Source: an uncultured virus (IMG/VR IMGVR_UViG_3300022753_000059)
Lineage: Duplodnaviria > Heunggongvirae > Uroviricota > Caudoviricetes
Virus record (IMG/VR): IMGVR_UViG_3300022753_000059
Strand: one strand, 5' to 3'
Length of the DNA: 20,000 bases
The translations under genes were made by a program, and so were the position numbers. Numbering within the stretch: position 1 is the first letter of the stretch; every line of letters starts with the position of its first letter. Under the pieces are notes generated by a model, which did not search any database, was not told where the DNA came from, and saw only the letters and a list, made by a program, of their open reading frames with translations. Below are positions 9,696 to 16,837 of the stretch, piece after piece.

Positions 9696-10027
9696 TGGTA
9701 CAAGAAGAATTTGCAAGGAAAATGGCCGAGGCGCAAGCTCGTATCGAAAAGGCCAAGAAAGACATGCGTGAATGGCGCAAACAGTACATCGAAGAGAATG
9801 CTCCGTACAAGGTTGGCGACAAGGTGAAGATTGTCACTCCTGCTGAACCAAGATGGAATAAGGGGGAAGAAACCGTGTTCGGATTCATTAAATCCATTGA
9901 GGTTTCTGATGATGGCACTTTCACTCCAGAGCTGAATGCAGTCAAGAAGGATGGCACTGAGCATAAGAATAAGCGTGTCTGGATCAGCTGGTATCGTAAA
10001 CCTACCGTAACACTTGTTGAACAATGA
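9695..10027 (+). CDS. Hypothetical protein: N-terminal coiled coil plus SH3-like (YKVGDKVKIVT) domain
   Basis: TAATG and ATGA coupling; motif. Confidence 0.8.
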   Translation: MVQEEFARKMAEAQARIEKAKKDMREWRKQYIEENAPYKVGDKVKIVTPAEPRWNKGEETVFGFIKSIEVSDDGTFTPELNAVKKDGTEHKNKRVWISWYRKPTVTLVEQ

Positions 10028-10239
10028 AAAAGCACGAAAAACTTAAAGTGATTAAGAGCAAGAATCTTGATCTCTTCGTCAAAACTCGCCAACAAGTATT
10101 CAATGAACTGAGCGACCAGCAGACTATGTTCTGTTGTTGTGGTAAATTGGCAACTGGATTACATGAGTCTCATTGTAGGAGATTTAATGATAAGGTTGAC
10201 AGTGAAACAATCAAAAGATTAGACTTCTTGTTGGTATGA
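10024..10239 (+). CDS. Small hypothetical protein with CCCG...H...C possible metal-binding motif
   Basis: ATGA coupling on both sides. Confidence 0.75.
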   Translation: MKKHEKLKVIKSKNLDLFVKTRQQVFNELSDQQTMFCCCGKLATGLHESHCRRFNDKVDSETIKRLDFLLV

Positions 10240-10457
10240 AAGTCCACATTGACATCCGAGACGATATTTCGCCCACACTGGCTCTGGAATGTGTCCGTCA
10301 CGTCATTGCCAGTGGGCGAATATCGGAAGGCGAGCATGGCAAAAAGTATTATTGCTGGGCTACCTCATTTGACACTAATGAAGGCGAGGTCATTGTTTAT
10401 ACCAGACAATACCGTAAATCTGATTGCTTTTTAGTTTATAAAAACCAAACGAAATAG
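10236..10457 (+). CDS. Small hypothetical phage protein
   Basis: ATGA coupling. Confidence 0.75.
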   Translation: MKVHIDIRDDISPTLALECVRHVIASGRISEGEHGKKYYCWATSFDTNEGEVIVYTRQYRKSDCFLVYKNQTK

Positions 10458-10461
10458 AGAT

Positions 10462-11724
10462 ATGAAAGCTGCAATTATTTATTCTGGAAAGGGTGGTGTA
10501 GGAAAAACGACCACAACCGCCAATATTGCAAGGGTACTTGCTCGACAAGGAAAGAAAGTGCTAATTCTTGACATGGATATTAACACACCATCCATGAATA
10601 CAGAATTTAAGGGTGAGCATCCAGAAGAAAACCTTTGGGTTCATTCTACTGGAAACATATTTGATAAGTTCATCTTTTTGGAACAATCAATGGTTGAGCG
10701 GTTTATTAGGGATGGACAAAAGAAAATATACAATATAAAGCCAGATGTTGTTTTGATTGACACGCCTCCTTCAATAACGCAAGTTCATATTGGCGTGTTA
10801 AGCATGATTCAAGTGTCTGTAGTGGTGTTTGTCAGTCAGCCTACGGAATTAAGCCGTGAAGATGTTATTCGTACTGCCAATTTCTTTACTGAAAGATGTA
10901 AGCCATGCGTTACATATTTGGTTGAAAACATGTGTGATAAGGAGCCATCCAGGTCTCAATATGATTATGGAATGGAGGTAATTGCGCATATTCCTTTCAT
11001 AGATAATTTTAGATCTGAGCTGCTTATTGAAAAATGCCATGATGATTATAGCTTGATTGGCGAAAAGATTATTCTTGGTGCAGACGTTGAACAAAAGCAA
11101 GCGTATTATAAACCTCCATACGATGAAACATTTGACTTAATCAAAGTTCTGGATGTCGGGAGCAGAAAGACAAATCTTGTCGCATACATCAAACGTGATG
11201 GAGAAGATATGCAAAAGGAAATGGCACTTGGGCCATACCCTAAGTTTTTGTCTGTTCGCACCTGGGATAGAATGCGTGATTATGTTGATACCTTTGAAAG
11301 AGATTTTCGACATGACATGCGAATTACTAAATGCACTCCAGAAATCATTGAAAGAACTGTAAAGCCATTCTATGAAAATAGCCAGGCATATTTTATGGTG
11401 GTGAACGCTCCTTTATGTGAAATTCAACTCATCATTGGAGAAATCGGCCAGGCGACTCTTGTTACGAATCAAACGTCTCATTATGGTATTCCTCGCCTCA
11501 AGTACAATACGAGAAAGGGAGAGATAACACTATTTCCAGATGAGGTATTGCCAATTAATATGGAGGAACTTCAAACATTCTTGCAAGAAGGCTATACAAT
11601 TCTATCTGACAGTCGTTACCTGCCACCGAAAGAAACGGTTGAAATGTGCTATAATGCCTATGGGAGTCGTGTAGGTCTCATGGATTCCTGGGAAAAGACT
11701 TATGATATGTGGGTTAATAAATAA
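10462..11724 (+). CDS. SIMIBI P-loop ATPase (Mrp/NBP35-MinD-ParA type) with an uncharacterised C-terminal domain of about 200 aa
   Basis: Deviant Walker A SGKGGVGKTT, LDMDINTPS, Walker B VLIDTPP, VENM motif. Confidence 0.9.
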   Translation: MKAAIIYSGKGGVGKTTTTANIARVLARQGKKVLILDMDINTPSMNTEFKGEHPEENLWVHSTGNIFDKFIFLEQSMVERFIRDGQKKIYNIKPDVVLIDTPPSITQVHIGVLSMIQVSVVVFVSQPTELSREDVIRTANFFTERCKPCVTYLVENMCDKEPSRSQYDYGMEVIAHIPFIDNFRSELLIEKCHDDYSLIGEKIILGADVEQKQAYYKPPYDETFDLIKVLDVGSRKTNLVAYIKRDGEDMQKEMALGPYPKFLSVRTWDRMRDYVDTFERDFRHDMRITKCTPEIIERTVKPFYENSQAYFMVVNAPLCEIQLIIGEIGQATLVTNQTSHYGIPRLKYNTRKGEITLFPDEVLPINMEELQTFLQEGYTILSDSRYLPPKETVEMCYNAYGSRVGLMDSWEKTYDMWVNK

Positions 11725-11731
11725 AACAAAT

Positions 11732-12052
11732 ATGGAAAATCAAAATCAAGAAATCCATCGAATGTGGAAATTTGCAGCTGACACTGTTCTTACGCATTGG
11801 ATGGGAATCGGGCAAAGGCTGGATAATCCTAATTTGGATAAAGATGCTGAGTATTTGCGTTCCATTGCAGACAAATATATCTTACAGTCCAAAAAAGATT
11901 GTCAAATCGCGCAAGAAATGATTGATGAAATGGCTAACGCTTATCGACAATCATTGCCATTTGTAGGTGAATATGAAACTTACGGTGATGCACTTGCTCA
12001 TTCTTATAAAATGGGCCTTCAAGCGATGATTAAAAAAATAATAACGATGTAA
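11732..12052 (+). CDS. Hypothetical protein
   Basis: ATG at 11732 after an A-rich leader. Confidence 0.75.
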   Translation: MENQNQEIHRMWKFAADTVLTHWMGIGQRLDNPNLDKDAEYLRSIADKYILQSKKDCQIAQEMIDEMANAYRQSLPFVGEYETYGDALAHSYKMGLQAMIKKIITM

Positions 12053-12054
12053 TT

Positions 12055-12324
12055 ATGATTTCTGACAAAACATATAAAATCCTAAAATTGCTTGAAAAAG
12101 GCACATATCTTAATGGTATTTGTGCCAAATGGATTTCATGGAAGCTCTGGGGTGGCAATCCAGAAACTGAACACATGTCTTATACCAGGAAGGGGTGGCT
12201 TCAAGTTGGCTCCCAGATTGGCAAACTACGAAAGAAGGGGCTTGTAAATTATGACAAAGAATTTACGGGATATTATTTGACAAGAGAAGGAATTAAAGCT
12301 ATTGAAGAGTATGAAAAAAGCTAA
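12055..12324 (+). CDS. Winged-helix DNA-binding protein
   Basis: KILKLL...IGKLRKKGLV...YYLTREG wHTH pattern. Confidence 0.7.
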   Translation: MISDKTYKILKLLEKGTYLNGICAKWISWKLWGGNPETEHMSYTRKGWLQVGSQIGKLRKKGLVNYDKEFTGYYLTREGIKAIEEYEKS

Positions 12325-12481
12325 AAAGTTTACATTCTATGTAAATGGTGATGAAACGGCTTGGGTTGTTGTATGGCCATCCCAAGTTGATAGATTTGAA
12401 TGTATTATAAAACGTGTTTGTTTGTATGCCTCCAAATTTGGATATAATTTACAATATGAAACGACTGATTGGGAGGGGTAA
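12311..12481 (+). CDS. Small hypothetical protein (56 aa, not in the ORF track)
   Basis: Manual translation MKKAKKFTFYVNGDETAWVVVWPSQVDRFECIIKRVCLYASKFGYNLQYETTDWEG*; overlaps the upstream stop. Confidence 0.6.
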   Translation: MKKAKKFTFYVNGDETAWVVVWPSQVDRFECIIKRVCLYASKFGYNLQYETTDWEG

Positions 12482-12562
12482 TATATGAAAATCTAATATG
12501 AAACTCTGAATAGGCCAGCTGGCAATGTGTGATAAAGTATTCACTATAAAATTTAGTTAAGC

Positions 12563-12802
12563 ATGAATAAAGAAAGAAGAGCCGAACTATATGATGTCAT
12601 TGGGTCTCTGGATGAGGCCACTGACCAATTGCGTGATATTGTGTCCGAGGAGGAAGATTCATTTGATAACCTTCCTCCAGGATTGCAGGAAAGTAAAACT
12701 GGTGACGGAATCCAAGATGCTATCTCCAAGTTGGGTGATTTCGTCACTGAAATCGAGAATGTAAGGGATAAAATAGAGAAAATGGCCAAAGGCAAGAAAT
12801 AA
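12563..12802 (+). CDS. Small helical phage protein (MNKxRR...EEED..DNLP..LQ.S type)
   Basis: ORF; motif recalled from phage hypothetical proteins. Confidence 0.8.
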   Translation: MNKERRAELYDVIGSLDEATDQLRDIVSEEEDSFDNLPPGLQESKTGDGIQDAISKLGDFVTEIENVRDKIEKMAKGKK

Positions 12803-12814
12803 TTTGCTAAATTA

Positions 12815-12846
12815 TTTGGTAGTTCAAAAACTTTATCTTATCTTTG
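12815..12846 (+). promoter_or_regulatory. Bacteroidetes housekeeping promoter (-33/-7)
   Basis: TTTG (12815-18), 20 nt spacer, TATCTTTG (12839-46); matches the TTTG-N19-21-TAnnTTTG consensus upstream of the XRE gene. Confidence 0.8.
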
Positions 12847-12865
12847 CAGAAAAATATTAGTTGAC

Positions 12866-13600
12866 ATGAATAGCAAACAATTTTCAGAATTACTTGCATC
12901 AAAGCGTGTGGAGGCTGGAGTGTCATTGGATGTGATGGCAGCTCGATTAGGTGTGAACTCCAGCACAATAAAGAGCGTGGAAGATGGAGTCCATAACCTA
13001 CACATGAAGCTGGTGATGGATTACATTTCATGCTTGAATCTTAAATTAGTGGTAAGTACAGTAACTATTGACGAAAGCGAGCTTCAAGTGTTCAGCTTTT
13101 CATCGTATCAAGAATTGGTTGACTGGATAATTTCTCGCTGGCCCTGGAGATTCAAACGAAAATCCAGGATTGATGCCAGTGGAATAGAATACGTCAAGAT
13201 TCTCGATTCTCATGGAAAAGAGATCGAGTTTGATAAGTATTTCTTTCTTGAGCTGGTCGAAAAGAGCCAGTATGAGCTTGATGTGTTGAACGATGAACAG
13301 ATTGAAGGTAAGCAAACAGCGTTCAGAGACCGATACGACAAGCTTAGAAAAAAAAGCAGCAGGGAGGCTACTGTATTGCTTTTAGGAGTATTCGCTGGTA
13401 TCATAGCGTTTGTGTATCTGGATATTTGGATTGTGGATAGTTTTTCTGAAAAGCTATTCCTCAACATTGGATTCTTCGGCTCTTTGATCTCAGCGAATGC
13501 TGTGGCTGGGTTGGTGTTCCCATATATACTTGTGGGCATCATACTATTGTTTATTGGGTATTTGTCATATCGTATTATAAAATGGTTTTCAAATGGATAG
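12866..13600 (+). CDS. XRE-family HTH protein with C-terminal transmembrane segments
   Basis: KRVEAGVSLDVMAARLGVNSSTIKSVEDG HTH; long hydrophobic stretches at the C-terminus. Confidence 0.85.
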   Translation: MNSKQFSELLASKRVEAGVSLDVMAARLGVNSSTIKSVEDGVHNLHMKLVMDYISCLNLKLVVSTVTIDESELQVFSFSSYQELVDWIISRWPWRFKRKSRIDASGIEYVKILDSHGKEIEFDKYFFLELVEKSQYELDVLNDEQIEGKQTAFRDRYDKLRKKSSREATVLLLGVFAGIIAFVYLDIWIVDSFSEKLFLNIGFFGSLISANAVAGLVFPYILVGIILLFIGYLSYRIIKWFSNG

Positions 13601-14033
13601 ATTAGATCTCATTGATCTTCTGGATGACATCAAGATTCACAATAATACGACAACTTCTGATTTGTCATACTTTATGAAGGTGCCTTGGGGTTCCGTGAGA
13701 AGGCTGGAAGAGGGTAAGACGAATAGCGGAGTAGATACTATTCTGAAATACATCGCTTACTTCAACAGTCATATCAAGTTGACCGCATGGCTGGCAAATA
13801 AGGAGTACCACATAATGAAATATGATGATTTGTTGGTCTGGATGAAGGAAACCAGGAGCCACAAGTTCACCAAGTTTACCCAGCGCACATTGGCAAAGGA
13901 GATTGGTCGTTCATACGTCAATATCGCCAACATTGAGACAAAGAAGAGCATTATGAGCATTGATACTTTTCTTAAATTAACAGATAGTTTAGCAACAAGA
14001 GTAGAGATTATAAAAAATGAACAGAATACGTGA
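13593..14033 (+). CDS. Tandem XRE-HTH transcriptional regulator
   Basis: Two HTH units (SDLSYFMKVPWGSVRRLEEG; TQRTLAKEIGRSYVNIANIE). Confidence 0.85.
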   Translation: MDRLDLIDLLDDIKIHNNTTTSDLSYFMKVPWGSVRRLEEGKTNSGVDTILKYIAYFNSHIKLTAWLANKEYHIMKYDDLLVWMKETRSHKFTKFTQRTLAKEIGRSYVNIANIETKKSIMSIDTFLKLTDSLATRVEIIKNEQNT

Positions 14034-14376
14034 CAAGGACATTCCACGCCTGGCAATGCTTACCAAAGTGAACCAGGATGATTTTGCAAAGCTGGTATCT
14101 ATGGGTCTCATCGACCACGCCCCAGCAATGCGCCTTCTTGTGAAGTACAGTTTCCAGAAATTGAAGAACAAGAAGTATTACAAGATCAAGCAAATAGTCA
14201 AGGCCGTTGCGGATGAGTACGGAGTAACGGAACATTTCGTCCATGACTCCGTGTACACCAGAAAAAAACGGCTTCATTACTGTACACAGTGTATGCGCCT
14301 CATATCTGCAAGAGACAACATCCGTAACAATGGACTATGCGACGATTGCGTAAGTAAAAATATAATAGTTGATTAA
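14017..14376 (+). CDS. Putative HTH plus zinc-ribbon regulator
   Basis: VKAVADEYGVTEHFV HTH-like segment; CTQC...CDDC. Confidence 0.7.
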   Translation: MNRIRDKDIPRLAMLTKVNQDDFAKLVSMGLIDHAPAMRLLVKYSFQKLKNKKYYKIKQIVKAVADEYGVTEHFVHDSVYTRKKRLHYCTQCMRLISARDNIRNNGLCDDCVSKNIIVD

Positions 14377-14399
14377 CGTACATCTTAAAAGTAGTAACC

Positions 14400-14720
14400 A
14401 TGAACGGAGAAGTAAATCGGGCCTATGCGTACTATAAGGCGCAACACCCAGGAAGCATTTTACTGTTTCGAGTTAAGAACCTCTATGAAGCCTACTTTGA
14501 CGATGCGGACAGAATCCGCGAGTTGCTGGGTAGTTCGACACTCAAGTTCGCCCAACGTGAGCAAACGGTCTGTTTGCCATCCGATAGTATCTGTGACTAT
14601 GTATCTGTATTAGGTGATTCTGGATGCGCATTCCAGTTCATCGAATATCGTAATGATGACGGTGAATTTGCTATTCCAGACGTAAATCTCCTCGAAAATG
14701 AGAAAGCGATGGATTTTTAA
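14400..14720 (+). CDS. Stand-alone MutS domain I-like protein
   Basis: YKAQHPGSILLFRVKNLYEAYFDDA matches the MutS_I N-terminal pattern. Confidence 0.75.
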   Translation: MNGEVNRAYAYYKAQHPGSILLFRVKNLYEAYFDDADRIRELLGSSTLKFAQREQTVCLPSDSICDYVSVLGDSGCAFQFIEYRNDDGEFAIPDVNLLENEKAMDF

Positions 14721-14884
14721 GCAAAAAATTTTCAACCGTATATCTTTTGTGAATCAAAATTTAAGGTAAAACTAATTAAAAAACAATGAATTGCATGAGA
14801 AATTAAGATGTATTAAACGTATATCTTTTTAGCCCAAAAGTGGCTGATTATCAATTAGTTACGATGAAAATTTATTTGATTTTT

Positions 14885-14916
14885 CTTGGCTAATTGGATT
14901 TTTTCAAGTAATTTTG
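14885..14916 (+). promoter_or_regulatory. Bacteroidetes-type promoter
   Basis: cTTG (14885-88), 20 nt spacer, TAATTTTG (14909-16). Confidence 0.6.
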
Positions 14917-14980
14917 TGCCGCTGATTCGGAGTAAGAACCGTTTCAGCGGCTATTTCATTATCATCTTTAAGTTGAAATT

Positions 14981-15517
14981 ATGAACGCATTCGAGAATCA
15001 AAAAGAACAGCCCATCAAAGTTCAAACCAAGCTCAAGTTCGTCAAATCAGAAAAGACTGGAGCAATTGTTAGTTTTGTATCACAGAATCCCAAGACTGGG
15101 AGAATCTGTGGAGTACGCCAGGATTCGCAATATCCCAAGAAGATTTGCATTCTTGACAAGAAACTGGTCAGCGAGGTACTGCTTAATGTCCTCTATGACG
15201 TTACCATGATTCCCATGACTGAAAAGAATGGGTATGTGGTGATAGGAATGACCCCAGTCGAGTTCAAGGCCACGATTTCCACCATCTACGTCAAGAAGGC
15301 AATATATAGGGTGGAAGTCAAGTTCGGTAACAAGACAATCGTGTTCGATCCTCTGGATGGAAAGAAAGACACGATCAGAACACTGAAAGGCTGTCTGTCT
15401 GTTCTTGAGAAGCGAGTTGATATAAAGGACATAACCCAGGTTGTAGCCGATTTCCAGGAATCAGCTAACAAGCTGCTTAACTACATGAGAGCTGATGGAA
15501 TCTTGTATCGGGATTAA
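14981..15517 (+). CDS. Basic hypothetical protein (178 aa)
   Basis: First ORF after the promoter and leader hairpin. Confidence 0.85.
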   Translation: MNAFENQKEQPIKVQTKLKFVKSEKTGAIVSFVSQNPKTGRICGVRQDSQYPKKICILDKKLVSEVLLNVLYDVTMIPMTEKNGYVVIGMTPVEFKATISTIYVKKAIYRVEVKFGNKTIVFDPLDGKKDTIRTLKGCLSVLEKRVDIKDITQVVADFQESANKLLNYMRADGILYRD

Positions 15518-15734
15518 AAAGGCGAAGCTCCCTCGCAAGAGGAAGAAAGCGGCCATCAAAGCGCAAGGCAGAAAGTGGTACTACGATACTATACGGCTTT
15601 ACTACATTGTGCAGCGTTCTGGAAAGTTCTATGAGCCAGTGTGTCAGTTTTGGGTAAACAGTTCCGTAGTGCAAACGATGTGTGAGGCTGGAGGTAAGCT
15701 GGTGCCAACCCTCAAGCCTACAAGATTCTGGTAA
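15495..15734 (+). CDS. Small basic hypothetical protein
   Basis: Overlaps the upstream stop and ends just before a hairpin. Confidence 0.6.
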   Translation: MESCIGIKKAKLPRKRKKAAIKAQGRKWYYDTIRLYYIVQRSGKFYEPVCQFWVNSSVVQTMCEAGGKLVPTLKPTRFW

Positions 15735-15739
15735 TCATC

Positions 15740-15769
15740 AAGGCCGTGGGCAATTGCTTCACGGCCTTT
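15740..15769 (+). terminator. Terminator-like hairpin
   Basis: AAGGCCGTG / CACGGCCTT stem followed by T-rich sequence. Confidence 0.6.
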
Positions 15770-15783
15770 ATTCATTTATATAT

Positions 15784-16185
15784 ATGGGAAATCAAAGACC
15801 AACTAAAGGGATAGCCGTTGACGCGGCCCATTCCACAAAAAGGCTGGAAACGGAATACCAGGCAATCGACCTTGCAACTGGTGAACAGATATTCTATAAG
15901 AATCTGGGGAACCAGACGGTGAATATCGGTGAGTTCCTGGGTGTGGTAGAGGCTGTTAAGTATATCATCGAGAATGATTTCCAGCCTCGCGTGGTATATA
16001 CGGACAGCACAACTGCTATATCGTGGTTCCGCAATAAGCGCACGGCATCCAACAAGAAATGCAAGGATCTCCAGAAAGCGGAAATATTCCTTCGTGTGAT
16101 GGCTGCTGATGTTGACACTATAGAGGTTGTACACTGGAATAACCAGAAATGGGGCGAAACCCCTGCTGATTTTGGCAGAAAATAA
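15784..16185 (+). CDS. rnhA: Ribonuclease HI (catalytic domain only, no hybrid-binding domain)
   Basis: Catalytic D-E-D-D motifs: IAVDAA, TVNIGEF, YTDS, WGETPADFGRK; ATG at 15784. Confidence 0.9.
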   Translation: MGNQRPTKGIAVDAAHSTKRLETEYQAIDLATGEQIFYKNLGNQTVNIGEFLGVVEAVKYIIENDFQPRVVYTDSTTAISWFRNKRTASNKKCKDLQKAEIFLRVMAADVDTIEVVHWNNQKWGETPADFGRK

Positions 16186-16236
16186 CCCTTTTCTCAAACC
16201 TACCAATATATTCGCGCTCTATTCATTTATGAATAT

Positions 16237-16309
16237 CGCGGAGTGGAGCAGTTGGTAGCTCGTGAGAGTCATTATCTCAAGGTCAGTGGTTCGAGTCCGC
16301 TCTCCGCAA
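16237..16309 (+). tRNA. tRNA-Met(CAT), initiator-like scaffold with atypical anticodon arm
   Basis: CGCGGAG/CTCCGCA acceptor with C1xA72 mismatch; GAGC/GCTC D stem; TGAGA/TCTCA stem, loop GT-CAT-TA; AGTGG-TTCGAGT-CCGCT T arm; CCA not encoded. Confidence 0.85.
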
Positions 16310-16367
16310 CAATGAACGACAAAACAAAAGAGAAAGACTAAATCCCAACTTTGTACGCTTTATGGGT

Positions 16368-16405
16368 GGATCTCTGCTGTTTTTGAAGTTCAACGGCAGA
16401 GATCT
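16368..16405 (+). terminator. 14-bp hairpin downstream of tRNA-Met (terminator or processing site)
   Basis: GGATCTCTGCTGTT / AACGGCAGAGATCT followed by TTGATTT. Confidence 0.55.
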
Positions 16406-16419
16406 TTGATTTATTGGCA

Positions 16420-16731
16420 ATGAAGGTAATACTCAACAAGTGGATTCCTTTCAAGGGCTTCAAGTGCATCAATCTGTTCGGCATCTTGTTCGTAAGAGAA
16501 GATTGCTCCAAAATGGATAGGTATGATTTGAACCACGAGGCAATCCACACACGTCAAATGAAAGAGCTGGCCTATATCTTCTTCTACATCATCTATGTAC
16601 TGGAGTGGCTGGTTCGTTTATTCAAACCTGGAAACGCATATCGCAACATATCCTTCGAGCAGGAGGCATACAAGAATGAGAGCAATCTCGAATACCTTGA
16701 CAACCGAAAGTTCTGGGCCATGTGGCGATAA
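16420..16731 (+). CDS. Small HExxH zincin-like membrane-associated protein
   Basis: NHEAIH motif, hydrophobic helix, downstream SFEQEAY third-ligand-type motif. Confidence 0.8.
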   Translation: MKVILNKWIPFKGFKCINLFGILFVREDCSKMDRYDLNHEAIHTRQMKELAYIFFYIIYVLEWLVRLFKPGNAYRNISFEQEAYKNESNLEYLDNRKFWAMWR

Positions 16732-16739
16732 AATAAGTG

Positions 16740-16815
16740 AACGGTATAGCTCAGCAAGTAGAGCGCAGGACGGTTAATCTTGAGGTCAATGGTGCGAATC
16801 CATTTACCGTTCCCA
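16740..16815 (+). tRNA. Degenerate tRNA with GTT (Asn) anticodon, CCA encoded
   Basis: AACGGTA/TACCGTT acceptor, GCTC/GAGC D stem, CAGGA/TCTTG stem with loop CG-GTT-AA, AATGG/CCATT T stem with loop TGCGAAT, then C-CCA. Confidence 0.65.
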
Positions 16816-16837
16816 GGATTTGTCATACTACTTGGTT

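Noticed and set aside
10462..11724. Calling the ATPase parA, minD or mrp
   Set aside because: Motifs are mixed, there is no adjacent parB/minE, the Mrp CxxC is missing and the C-terminal domain is unknown, so the gene symbol is withheld.
15682..15783. N-terminal extension of RNase H from the ORF track (similarly 17557 for the Gp49-like gene and 8460 for the 8673 gene)
   Set aside because: The extensions overlap upstream genes or hairpins; internal ATGs at 15784, 17656 and 8673 fit better.
504..16206. Numerous minus-strand and alternate-frame ORFs (e.g. 504..1004, 2959..3462, 3607..4149, 4985..5500, 9512..10024, 15772..16206)
   Set aside because: They lie wholly over a tightly coupled + strand gene chain and have no recognisable motifs; they are shadow ORFs.
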